Assembly (NCBI GenBank): GCA_947258985.1
Contig: CAMYKI010000003.1
Span: forward strand, 24,222 to 88,221
From: an uncultured Acidimicrobiaceae bacterium
Lineage (GTDB): Bacteria; Actinomycetota; Acidimicrobiia; Spongiisociales; UBA5794
Length of the DNA: 64,000 nucleotides
Direction: 5' to 3'
Part shown: piece after piece, positions 30,034 through 40,080 of the stretch
Position numbering within the stretch: the stretch's first letter is position 1
How the letters are laid out: every line of letters begins with the position of its first letter
The notes under the pieces: generated by a model
Database searches by the model: none
The model's input: the letters and a program-made list of their open reading frames with translations, nothing else
What the model was told of the DNA's origin: nothing
Made by a program: the position numbers and the translations under genes

Positions 30034-31032
30034 CTAGGCCTGGCCGCGGGCGACTTCGACCCTGTCCAGCAGGTAGCGGTCGAGGTTGCGGATGATGGGT
30101 GTGAGATCGTTCTCGGGGATTCGTGCTGCAGCCTTCTCCGACGCCCGCATGCGTTCGGTGGCCTCGTCGAGTACACGGTCGATGTGATCGCCCTCGATTA
30201 CCAGCCCGATGACCCTGTCGATGTCGGCCCGCGAGTAAGGGCCACCGCCGCTGAGGAGGCCGCGGATCTCGCCCCCGGAGGGTCCGTCGGCGGCATAGAG
30301 CAGGGGCAATGTGAAGGTCCCCTCGCCGATGTCGCTGCCGGCCGGTTTGCCGAGCCATTCTTCACTGGCAACAAAATCGAGTACGTCGTCGGCAAGCTGG
30401 AATACCAGGCCCATTTCCCATGCCCAGTCGCTGATCGCCTCCACGGTATCCCGGTCTGCACCGCCCGTGATGGCGCCGAGCCTGGCCGATGTCCGGATGA
30501 GGCTTGCCGTCTTGCCGCCGATGACCTGGTAATACTCATCCGGCCCGTGATCGAGATCGTTGGCTAATTGGAGTTCGAGCACTTGGCCTTCACATAAGGT
30601 CGCATAGGTCCTGGCTATCAGTGCAACAGCCTCGGTACCCAGCGGAGCGGCCACCTCCGACGCCCGTGCCAGGAGGAAATCGCCGGCCAGGATCGCAATC
30701 GTGTTGGTCCAATTCTCATTTACCGATACTGCCCCGCGCCGGGTGTCCGCCTCGTCGATCACGTCGTCGTGATACAGCGACCCGAGGTGGACGAGTTCGA
30801 CGGCAACTCCAGCTTCCACGGGTTCGCCATTGTCCCGATTCCCGAGCTCGGCGGCGACCTGAGCAAGCAGCGGCCGATAGCGCTTGCCGCCGGCGGCCAG
30901 TCCGTGCTGTGCGATCTTGGTCAGGAAGGGGTCTTCGGAGGTCGTCGCCTCGCGCAGGCGCTCCTCGACCGAGGTCATACGACGCCATACCCGATTGATG
31001 GGAACTAGGTCTTGCAGAATGGGGCTATCCAT
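30034..31032 (-). CDS. polyprenyl diphosphate synthase (trans-isoprenyl diphosphate synthase family)
   Basis: First aspartate-rich motif LYHDDVID and second motif FQLADDVLD. ATG at 31032. Confidence 0.8.
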   Translation of the reverse strand: MDSPILQDLVPINRVWRRMTSVEERLREATTSEDPFLTKIAQHGLAAGGKRYRPLLAQVAAELGNRDNGEPVEAGVAVELVHLGSLYHDDVIDEADTRRGAVSVNENWTNTIAILAGDFLLARASEVAAPLGTEAVALIARTYATLCEGQVLELQLANDLDHGPDEYYQVIGGKTASLIRTSARLGAITGGADRDTVEAISDWAWEMGLVFQLADDVLDFVASEEWLGKPAGSDIGEGTFTLPLLYAADGPSGGEIRGLLSGGGPYSRADIDRVIGLVIEGDHIDRVLDEATERMRASEKAAARIPENDLTPIIRNLDRYLLDRVEVARGQA

Positions 31033-31302
31033 GCGAATCGTGATGGTAGTCCAGCGCCAGAGTGCAACTCTCGCCCAGGTCATCCGCTCGTGCGGCGGCA
31101 TCGAACGAGCTTATGAGACTTCCGGACAGCGATCTCGCCGAGTCATGAGTGTCGGAGAAACCGGCAACTTCTGTCGGGACTCGGGATTACGATCGGGCCT
31201 CCAGTTGTTTCACTAATGACAGTGGCGCTGCAGCCGATTAAAAAAAAGTCGGCAGTTGGCACCGGTCGGGACCTACATTCCGGCCAGAGCTATACTCCGC
31301 GT

Positions 31303-31321
31303 GGCGCCGAGAACGAGCGCC
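31303..31321. promoter_or_regulatory. inverted repeat GGCGCC-N7-GGCGCC just downstream of a TATACT -10-like hexamer, upstream of clpC1
   Basis: TATACT at 31291-31296, then GGCGCCGAGAACGAGCGCC. Could be an operator, for example for a ClgR-like regulator. Confidence 0.3.
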
Positions 31322-31338
31322 GAATTTTGAGGTAAAGA

Positions 31339-33849
<2,511 letters not shown>

Positions 33850-33871
33850 CTGCCGCTTCGTCGGCCGCCGG

Positions 33872-34720
33872 TTAGCCGTTGGGCGTGCCCCAGAACTTGA
33901 TCTCAGCTAGCGCCAACTCTTCGAACGCCGGTTGATCACCGATCGCCGATGACGGGAAGTTGCTCAGCACCTCGATGGTGAGCGTCGTTGTGTCGATGCT
34001 GGCGATGTCAATCCGCTGCGGACCTCCGGCGAGATCCTTCAACGTGTTGCGATTCTCCACACCGGGCAGATCGTCGACGGTGATCTTGTAGCCCTGAATC
34101 CGATAGTTCCGCAGGAAGCGATCTTGCTCGGCGATGTTGTAGACCTCGATGTAGCGGATGCTCACCGGTTGGGCGAAACGGAATTCCAGCACAAGTGGCG
34201 ACGTCGCCTGGTTCACCTGCCACTCGGAGTCGAGGTCATCGTCGATGAGGTTGGCTGTACCAAAACCGTCCGACAGTTGTGGCCCGCTGACCTGGGTCGG
34301 GGTGATCTGGGTGGTGTCGGCGATCGTTGTCGTGGTTGTTTCGACGGTCGTTGTGGTCTCTGCGGCTTCGTCGCCGCCACGGAAGACGTTCACGAGAAGG
34401 GCGACGAGAGCCACGATGAGCACGGCCGCGGCGAGGACGCTCAGAGCCCTTCCTCCCGGCGTTGAACGCACCATTGGCGCCGGTGCTACGGGCAGCGGTT
34501 CCTTCGTGAGGCGGGCCCCGCACTGTTCGCAATGCCGGTTGTAGGAGGGGTTGTACGCACCGCACGAGGGACAGGGAACCTGTTCGACAGGAGCTGCTGG
34601 AGGTTCCTCCGCTTCCGCCTCGGGGGCGGGTGGGGGCGGCTCGGTTCCCGGTGGCGGCGGTCCGTCCTCGAGTTCGAACGGCTCGAACAGATCGTCAAAT
34701 GGGTCCTTGTCTTTCGCCAC
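33872..34720 (-). CDS. membrane protein with N-terminal zinc-ribbon, single TM and C-terminal discoidin (F5/8 type C)-like domain
   Basis: CPSCGAYNPSYNRHCEQCG zinc ribbon, a Pro-rich acidic N-terminus, a TM helix (LSVLAAAVLIVALVALLV), a Thr-rich linker, and a C-terminal roughly 150-aa galactose-binding-like domain. GTG at 34720 with GGAGAC Shine-Dalgarno. The ORF track extends further to an unlikely upstream ATG. Confidence 0.55.
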   Translation of the reverse strand: MAKDKDPFDDLFEPFELEDGPPPPGTEPPPPAPEAEAEEPPAAPVEQVPCPSCGAYNPSYNRHCEQCGARLTKEPLPVAPAPMVRSTPGGRALSVLAAAVLIVALVALLVNVFRGGDEAAETTTTVETTTTTIADTTQITPTQVSGPQLSDGFGTANLIDDDLDSEWQVNQATSPLVLEFRFAQPVSIRYIEVYNIAEQDRFLRNYRIQGYKITVDDLPGVENRNTLKDLAGGPQRIDIASIDTTTLTIEVLSNFPSSAIGDQPAFEELALAEIKFWGTPNG

Positions 34721-34939
34721 GTCAGGTCTCCGTCGTTCAGTCCGCCCAAGGGCTATTGTGCCACGGATGGTTGTGATTAGCGCGTTACGTGAGACTGAAG
34801 CCTGGTCGGCGGCAAGTGTGGTGCTCGGATTGCTGCTGCTTGCGCTCCTCATAGGGTTCATCGTGGTGCGAGTGCGTCGCTTCCTCCGGGACCCCTGAGC
34901 CCTTCAGAATCTGTCGTACCCGGGCCATAGGCTGCCGGC

Positions 34940-36283
34940 ATGACAAGCACATCTTTCCAACGCCGACGCAACGCAGCGACGGCTTCCTTCATTTGCTCGA
35001 CCTGCGGATTCACGAGCGGCCGGTGGATGGGTTTCTGCCCCCAATGCAGATCGGTGGAGTCGCTCGATGCCTCTCGGTCAGGACCCGGGCCCAACGGGAA
35101 TGTCTCCCGATTGCTCAGCGAGGTGTCCCTTTCGGATCAAGCGCGACGACCGACCGACGTTGCCGAGTTTGATCGAGTGGTAGGTGGCGGTCTCGTCGGT
35201 GGCTCGGTCGTCCTGGTCGGAGGTGAGCCGGGTGTAGGGAAGTCAACCCTGCTGCTGCAACTGGCAGACGGTCTCGCCGCCAGAGAATCTGTGTTGCTGG
35301 CATCGGCGGAAGAATCTGCGGTCCAGGTTGCCCTGCGATCGGAGAGGCTTGGACTTTCTTCCGAGGGAGTGCACATCCTCTCAGAGGGCAGCGTCGAAAG
35401 CCTGCTCAGTCACGCGGACCAACTCAACCCGGCGCTGCTGGTGGTTGATTCCATACAGACGGTGACGACCGAAGACACCGACGGAAACGCCGGCGGGTTG
35501 GCGCAGGTGCGCGAGTCGGCAGCCAGGTTCATCGAGTACGCCAAACGAACCGGGACCGCAGTAATCCTCGTGGGCCATGTCACCAAGGACGGCTCCATCG
35601 CCGGTCCGAAGATTCTCGAGCACATGGTGGATGTCGTCCTCTATCTCGAAGGTGAGGCCGACGGCGGGCTGCGGGTGCTGCGCTCCCTGAAGAACCGATA
35701 CGGGTCGATCAACCAGGTCGGCGTCTTCACGATGGGCGAGAAGGGACTCGACGAGGTACCCGACCCGTCGGGGATTCTGGTGTCGTCGCACCGGCCGGGT
35801 GCATCGGGCACGGTCCTGTTCCCTGTGGTGGAGGGAAGGAGACCCATGCTGTGCGAAGTGCAGGCACTCGTCGTTCCTTCCTCACTGCCGCAGCCGCGCC
35901 GGAGCGTCAAGGGGTTTGATGCGGCTCGCCTCCACCAGCTGCTGGCGGTCCTGGAACGCCACGCCGGTGTGGCGCTGGGCAAGATGGATGTCCACGTGAA
36001 CGTCGTCGGAGGCATCCGATTGCGTGATCCGGCCGTCGATCTACCGGTTGCTCTCGCCATAGTCTCGTCCGTCGCGGACCAGCCGCTGCCGCTCACAGTG
36101 GCTTGGGGAGAAGTCGGATTGACCGGGGAGATTCGGAGGGCCCCCCATGGGAAGCGTCGCCGGGCGGAGGCCGATCGATTCGACCCGGAGTTGCTGATAC
36201 GGCCGGGGACGGGCGGGGTCGGCACTCTCGTTGAGGCTCTAGGTGCGGCCGGTATGCCCGCGTCGAGGCCCAGCCGGCAGTGA
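34940..36283 (+). CDS. radA: DNA repair protein RadA (Sms)
   Basis: N-terminal C4 zinc finger (CSTCGFTSGRWMGFCPQC), RecA-like Walker A GEPGVGKST, KNRYG motif, Lon-like C-domain. Confidence 0.9.
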   Translation: MTSTSFQRRRNAATASFICSTCGFTSGRWMGFCPQCRSVESLDASRSGPGPNGNVSRLLSEVSLSDQARRPTDVAEFDRVVGGGLVGGSVVLVGGEPGVGKSTLLLQLADGLAARESVLLASAEESAVQVALRSERLGLSSEGVHILSEGSVESLLSHADQLNPALLVVDSIQTVTTEDTDGNAGGLAQVRESAARFIEYAKRTGTAVILVGHVTKDGSIAGPKILEHMVDVVLYLEGEADGGLRVLRSLKNRYGSINQVGVFTMGEKGLDEVPDPSGILVSSHRPGASGTVLFPVVEGRRPMLCEVQALVVPSSLPQPRRSVKGFDAARLHQLLAVLERHAGVALGKMDVHVNVVGGIRLRDPAVDLPVALAIVSSVADQPLPLTVAWGEVGLTGEIRRAPHGKRRRAEADRFDPELLIRPGTGGVGTLVEALGAAGMPASRPSRQ

Positions 36284-36343
36284 GATTCCGCCGAGGAGTC
36301 AAGTGACACCGCACAGAGGAAGGGATCGGCTAGCCTCGCTTTG

Positions 36344-37384
36344 ATGGTTTCTCGACCTCTCGACTCCTATGACGTACTCAGGCGGTTTGCGCCGGGAACA
36401 CCCCTGCGCATCGCCGTCGAGCTGATTCACGGGCAGGGCACGGGTGCGTTGATCGTGATCGGGTCTGGTTCAATGCTCGATGCGCTGTGCAGCGGCGGGT
36501 TCTCCCTTCACGAGACCACCTTCACTGCACAACGCCTTGCCGAGTTGTCGAAGATGGATGGCGGCATTGTGGTTGACGACGAGCGTGCGTTGATCACACG
36601 GGCCAATGTCCACTTCATCCCCGATCCAACGATCGAGACCAACGAGACCGGAACCCGATTTCGCACCGCGGAGAGAATGGCTCTTCAGACGGGTAATGAT
36701 GTCCTGGCTGTCAGCGAAGAGAGCTGGCGGACCGCTGTGGTGTACCGCAACGGCCAACGTTATGAGTTGGCTCGACCGAGTGACCTGTTGGCGAGCGCCA
36801 ACAACTCCCTCAACTCACTCGAGCGTCTCCGTCGCCGCTTGCAGAGTGCCGAAGATCGTCTCACCAGGGCTGAGGTCGACGATGTGGTTTCAAGTCGTGA
36901 GGTCCTGCTCGTATTGGCACGCGCCACTCTCGTCACACGCATGTTTGCCGAGATCGAGCGGACCCTCGTGGCGCTCGGCGGCGAAGCCAATTTGATCACC
37001 ATCCAGGCAACCGACCTCATCGAGGGTGTTGATGATCTGGCGGAGAATGTGTTCGCCGACTATCGCAAGCGCAGAGGTAAGAAGTCCGTGTTCGATCGGC
37101 TCAGCGCTGTACCCACAGAAGAACTGCACGATCTTTCGGAGCTGGCCCAGATCCTGGGGTTCCCGGACGATGAAGGAATGGAGCCCCGTGGCATCCGGCT
37201 GTTGGCTCGTGTGCCCAGGCTGCCGGACTCTGTGCGCCGCAGCCTGGTCAACCACTTCCGCGGTTTCCAACGTCTACTCCATGCGAGCGTCGCCGATCTG
37301 GAGAAGGTCGAAGGCGTCGGACGTGCTCGGGCTCATCAATTGCGCCGCTTCTTCGATCGAACCATCGAAATGGGCGACGGCTAA
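36344..37384 (+). CDS. disA: DNA integrity scanning protein DisA (diadenylate cyclase)
   Basis: DAC domain with DGG (MDGGIVVD) and RHR-like ([12 protein letters not shown]) motifs. C-terminal HhH region. Conserved radA-disA pairing. Confidence 0.85.
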   Translation: MVSRPLDSYDVLRRFAPGTPLRIAVELIHGQGTGALIVIGSGSMLDALCSGGFSLHETTFTAQRLAELSKMDGGIVVDDERALITRANVHFIPDPTIETNETGTRFRTAERMALQTGNDVLAVSEESWRTAVVYRNGQRYELARPSDLLASANNSLNSLERLRRRLQSAEDRLTRAEVDDVVSSREVLLVLARATLVTRMFAEIERTLVALGGEANLITIQATDLIEGVDDLAENVFADYRKRRGKKSVFDRLSAVPTEELHDLSELAQILGFPDDEGMEPRGIRLLARVPRLPDSVRRSLVNHFRGFQRLLHASVADLEKVEGVGRARAHQLRRFFDRTIEMGDG

Positions 37385-37474
37385 CAGGACGGCTAGTCGG
37401 GTATTCGCGCCCCGCCTACCCAATACAGATCCCCGGACAGTTACAATGCGCGCTCCAAGCAACCCGGACTGAGT

Positions 37475-38206
37475 GTGACGAACAAGAAGACCACAGCGAA
37501 GACCGCCACGAAGAAGGCACCGGCCAAAAAGGCACCGGCCAAGAAGGCTGCGGCCAAAAAGGCTCCGGCCAAGAAGGCTGCGGCCAAAAAGACTGCGGCG
37601 GCGAAGAAGGCTCCGGCCAAGAAGGCTCCGGCCAAAAAGACTGCGGCGGCGAAGAAGGCTCCGGCAGCCAAGGCTGCACCCCGCCGAGCCAAAAAGGTGC
37701 AGAGCCCGTTTTCGGTTGGCGACTACGTCGTCTATCCGCATCACGGAGCCGCAACAATTATCAAGCGCGAGCGGATCGACTTCGACGGCGAGCGGCAAGA
37801 GTATTTCGTACTCGAGATTGCCACCGATCAGCTCACTGTGCGGGTCCCGGTCGGCAAGGCCGTTGATCTCGGCGTACGTCCGGTGATTTCGCAAAACAAG
37901 GCCCGGCAGGTGTTCCGAACGTTCAAAGAAGAGCCTCAGGAAGCCGGCAAGAACTGGAGCCGCTGGTACAAGCTCCTCACCGAGAAGATCAACAGTGGCG
38001 ACATCTTCCAGGTAGCCGAAGTGGTTCGCGACCTCACCTATGCGCAGCAGGTGAAGGGGATCTCACCGGCGCTGAAGAGGATGTTGGCCAAGGCTCGGCT
38101 AATCATCATCTCAGAACTCCGTTTCGCGCTTAACCTGGACGAAGAGGAAGCGGTGAAGAGACTCGATAGGGCTCTTCCCAAAGTCGAAATGCCGGAGGAA
38201 GTGTGA
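37475..38206 (+). CDS. carD: CarD/CdnL family RNA-polymerase-binding regulator with N-terminal Lys/Ala-rich histone-H1-like extension
   Basis: The C-terminal roughly 160 aa are a CarD_CdnL_TRCF domain ([27 protein letters not shown]...). The N-terminal about 80 aa are [10 protein letters not shown] repeats. GTG start. Confidence 0.8.
   Translation: MTNKKTTAKTATKKAPAKKAPAKKAAAKKAPAKKAAAKKTAAAKKAPAKKAPAKKTAAAKKAPAAKAAPRRAKKVQSPFSVGDYVVYPHHGAATIIKRERIDFDGERQEYFVLEIATDQLTVRVPVGKAVDLGVRPVISQNKARQVFRTFKEEPQEAGKNWSRWYKLLTEKINSGDIFQVAEVVRDLTYAQQVKGISPALKRMLAKARLIIISELRFALNLDEEEAVKRLDRALPKVEMPEEV
37500..37690. repeat. tandem 15/45-bp repeats encoding the (P/A)AKKA motif inside carD
   Basis: Repeated gccaagaaggctccggccaaaaag(g/a)ctgcggc units are visible in the DNA. 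Likely to vary in length. Confidence 0.6.
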
Positions 38207-38847
38207 GCGTTCCCCCAGATGCCGCGGTATGGGGAATCGTTGTAGCCGGCGGCACCGGCCGTCGGTTCGGTAGACCCAAACACTCGATGGAACTCGGTGG
38301 ACGGCCGCTCTGGGCATGGGGACGTGACATGCTCGTCGATGCGGGCGTCAGCCATGTCGTTGTCGTGGGACCGGTGCCCGGTGGTGTCCCCGGCGGGAAC
38401 CGGCGACGCGACTCGGTTCTGGCAGGACTCTCCGAAGTTCCGGAAGAGGTCGACTATGTCGTCGTCCATGATGCGGCCCGACCCCTTGCCAAGAAAGAGA
38501 TGGTCGCCGCCCTCATCGAAACGCTTCTCACGCGGGACGTCGACGGCGTGGTCCCCGCAGTTCCGGTGCGGGACACACTCAAAGAAGTTGACGACAAGGA
38601 CGTGGTTTCCCAAACGCTGCCTCGAGATCATTGCGTTGCGGTACAGACACCCCAGGGGTTCGCCACGAAGGCACTTCGGGCAGCGCACGCCGCCATGGAA
38701 GGCAGCTATACCGACGATGCGGGCATGATCGAGGACAACGGTGGTCGGGTAGTGGTAATCCCCGGCGATCCCCGCAACCTGAAAGTGACGTTCCCCGAAG
38801 ACCTCGCCGTAGTCCGGGCGCTGGTGGCGGCCGAGGCCGCCCAGTGA
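38203..38847 (+). CDS. ispD: 2-C-methyl-D-erythritol 4-phosphate cytidylyltransferase
   Basis: GIVVAGGTGRRFG nucleotide-binding motif, the VVVHDAARP motif. GTG start. Follows carD as in mycobacteria. Confidence 0.85.
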   Translation: MSVPPDAAVWGIVVAGGTGRRFGRPKHSMELGGRPLWAWGRDMLVDAGVSHVVVVGPVPGGVPGGNRRRDSVLAGLSEVPEEVDYVVVHDAARPLAKKEMVAALIETLLTRDVDGVVPAVPVRDTLKEVDDKDVVSQTLPRDHCVAVQTPQGFATKALRAAHAAMEGSYTDDAGMIEDNGGRVVVIPGDPRNLKVTFPEDLAVVRALVAAEAAQ

Positions 38848-39311
38848 GGATCGGCTGGGGTTTTGACGCCCACCGCATAGGGCCGGACGGCCCGATGATG
38901 ATCGGCGGCGTAGTTGTGGCCGAAGACCGCGGCCTTGTGGGCACTTCAGACGCCGACGTGCTACTCCACGCAGTTGCCGACGCCATTCTGGGGGCTGCCG
39001 CTCTGGGTGATCTCGGCACCCACTTCCCATCGAGCGACGAGAAGTGGGCGAACGCGGACTCGGGCGAATTGCTGGCGCACGTCGTCGAGTTGGCCCGCGG
39101 ATCGGGTCTTCTCGTTGACAGCGTCGATGCGACTGTCATCGCGGAGAAAGTACGCATCGGGCCGCACCGGGAGTCCATCCGGACCCGGCTTGCTGAACTG
39201 CTCGACGTGCTGGTCGACCGGGTATCGGTCAAAGCCACGAGCACCGACGGGATGGGTTACATCGGGAACGACGAAGGAATCGCCGCCGTCGCGGTTGTTG
39301 TCCTCAACTGA
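38844..39311 (+). CDS. ispF: 2-C-methyl-D-erythritol 2,4-cyclodiphosphate synthase
   Basis: VRIGWGFDAHR...GHSDADVLLHA... are canonical IspF motifs. The GTG at 38844 overlaps the ispD stop. The ORF track's longer upstream extension is rejected. Confidence 0.85.
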   Translation: MRIGWGFDAHRIGPDGPMMIGGVVVAEDRGLVGTSDADVLLHAVADAILGAAALGDLGTHFPSSDEKWANADSGELLAHVVELARGSGLLVDSVDATVIAEKVRIGPHRESIRTRLAELLDVLVDRVSVKATSTDGMGYIGNDEGIAAVAVVVLN

Positions 39312-39376
39312 GTCGCTCTTGTCTCCAGTGTCCGCGTCGACTGGCCCCAACGTGTGATCTGCAACACTGACGCTCC

Positions 39377-39985
39377 ATGTCAGATCAGAAGCAGCGCTTA
39401 GAGGCACGGGCCATGCGGCTCGAGTACACAACGATTGCGTGGAACGCCGTCGAGATGATCATCTCGATCGGCCTTGGTATTGCCGCTCGATCGCTGGCAT
39501 TGGTGGCTTTTGGCCTCGATACCATGATCGAGTTGTTCGCTTCGGGAGTCGTCGTTTGGCATCTGCGCCACCCGGGTCGTGACAGCGACCACGTAACGGC
39601 CAGGGCTCTGCGACTGGTTGCGGTGGCATTTGCGGTGCTTGCCGTGGTTGTCGGCACCGGAGCCATCTGGGCTCTTGCCACCAGCTCCGCCCCGGACGAG
39701 TCCCCCTGGGGCATCGCATATCTGGCCGTCACGGTGGCGGTGATGCTCTCCCTTGGCCTGGCCAAGAGGGCGACCGGCAAGAAACTCGACAGTGAGCCTC
39801 TCACTGCAGAGGCGCGCATGTCGGTCCTCGATGCTGCCCTTGCGCTGGGTGTGTTGATTGGCCTGGGTGCGAATGTGTTGTTCGGATGGTGGTGGGCCGA
39901 TCCAGTGGCAGCACTGCTTGTTGCCGTTGCTGCGCTCAACGAAGCTCGAGAGAACCTGGAGGAGGCTCGAGAACTGGCGGAGTGA
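39377..39985 (+). CDS. cation-diffusion-facilitator-like membrane protein (TM domain only, no cytoplasmic C-terminal domain)
   Basis: About 5-6 predicted TM helices with the pattern IAWNAVEMIISIGLG...ALVAFGLDTMIE reminiscent of the CDF TMD. Only 202 aa. Confidence 0.45.
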   Translation: MSDQKQRLEARAMRLEYTTIAWNAVEMIISIGLGIAARSLALVAFGLDTMIELFASGVVVWHLRHPGRDSDHVTARALRLVAVAFAVLAVVVGTGAIWALATSSAPDESPWGIAYLAVTVAVMLSLGLAKRATGKKLDSEPLTAEARMSVLDAALALGVLIGLGANVLFGWWWADPVAALLVAVAALNEARENLEEARELAE

Positions 39986-40080
39986 CCGTACGGCTTCACC
40001 GGCTAGCGCGCGGATATTCCCCGCTAAACCTATCGCGCTCAACTGTCGATTTAGGATCTGATCGCCATCGAGGAGTCCGC

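Noticed and set aside
34767-34898. 43-aa single-TM peptide ORF (MVVISALRETEAWSAASVVLGLLLLALLIGFIVVRVRRFLRDP) upstream of radA
   Set aside because: No SD and short. It lies in the divergent promoter region. It could be real, but the sequence alone cannot support it.
37441-37894. Minus-strand ORFs mirroring the carD repeat region (poly-Ala/Phe translations)
   Set aside because: Reverse-complement artefacts of the PAKKA-encoding repeats.
39886-40080. 65-aa upstream extension of the SLH-like protein ORF
   Set aside because: Cys/Arg-rich, no SD. The genuine signal peptide begins at the ATG at 40081.
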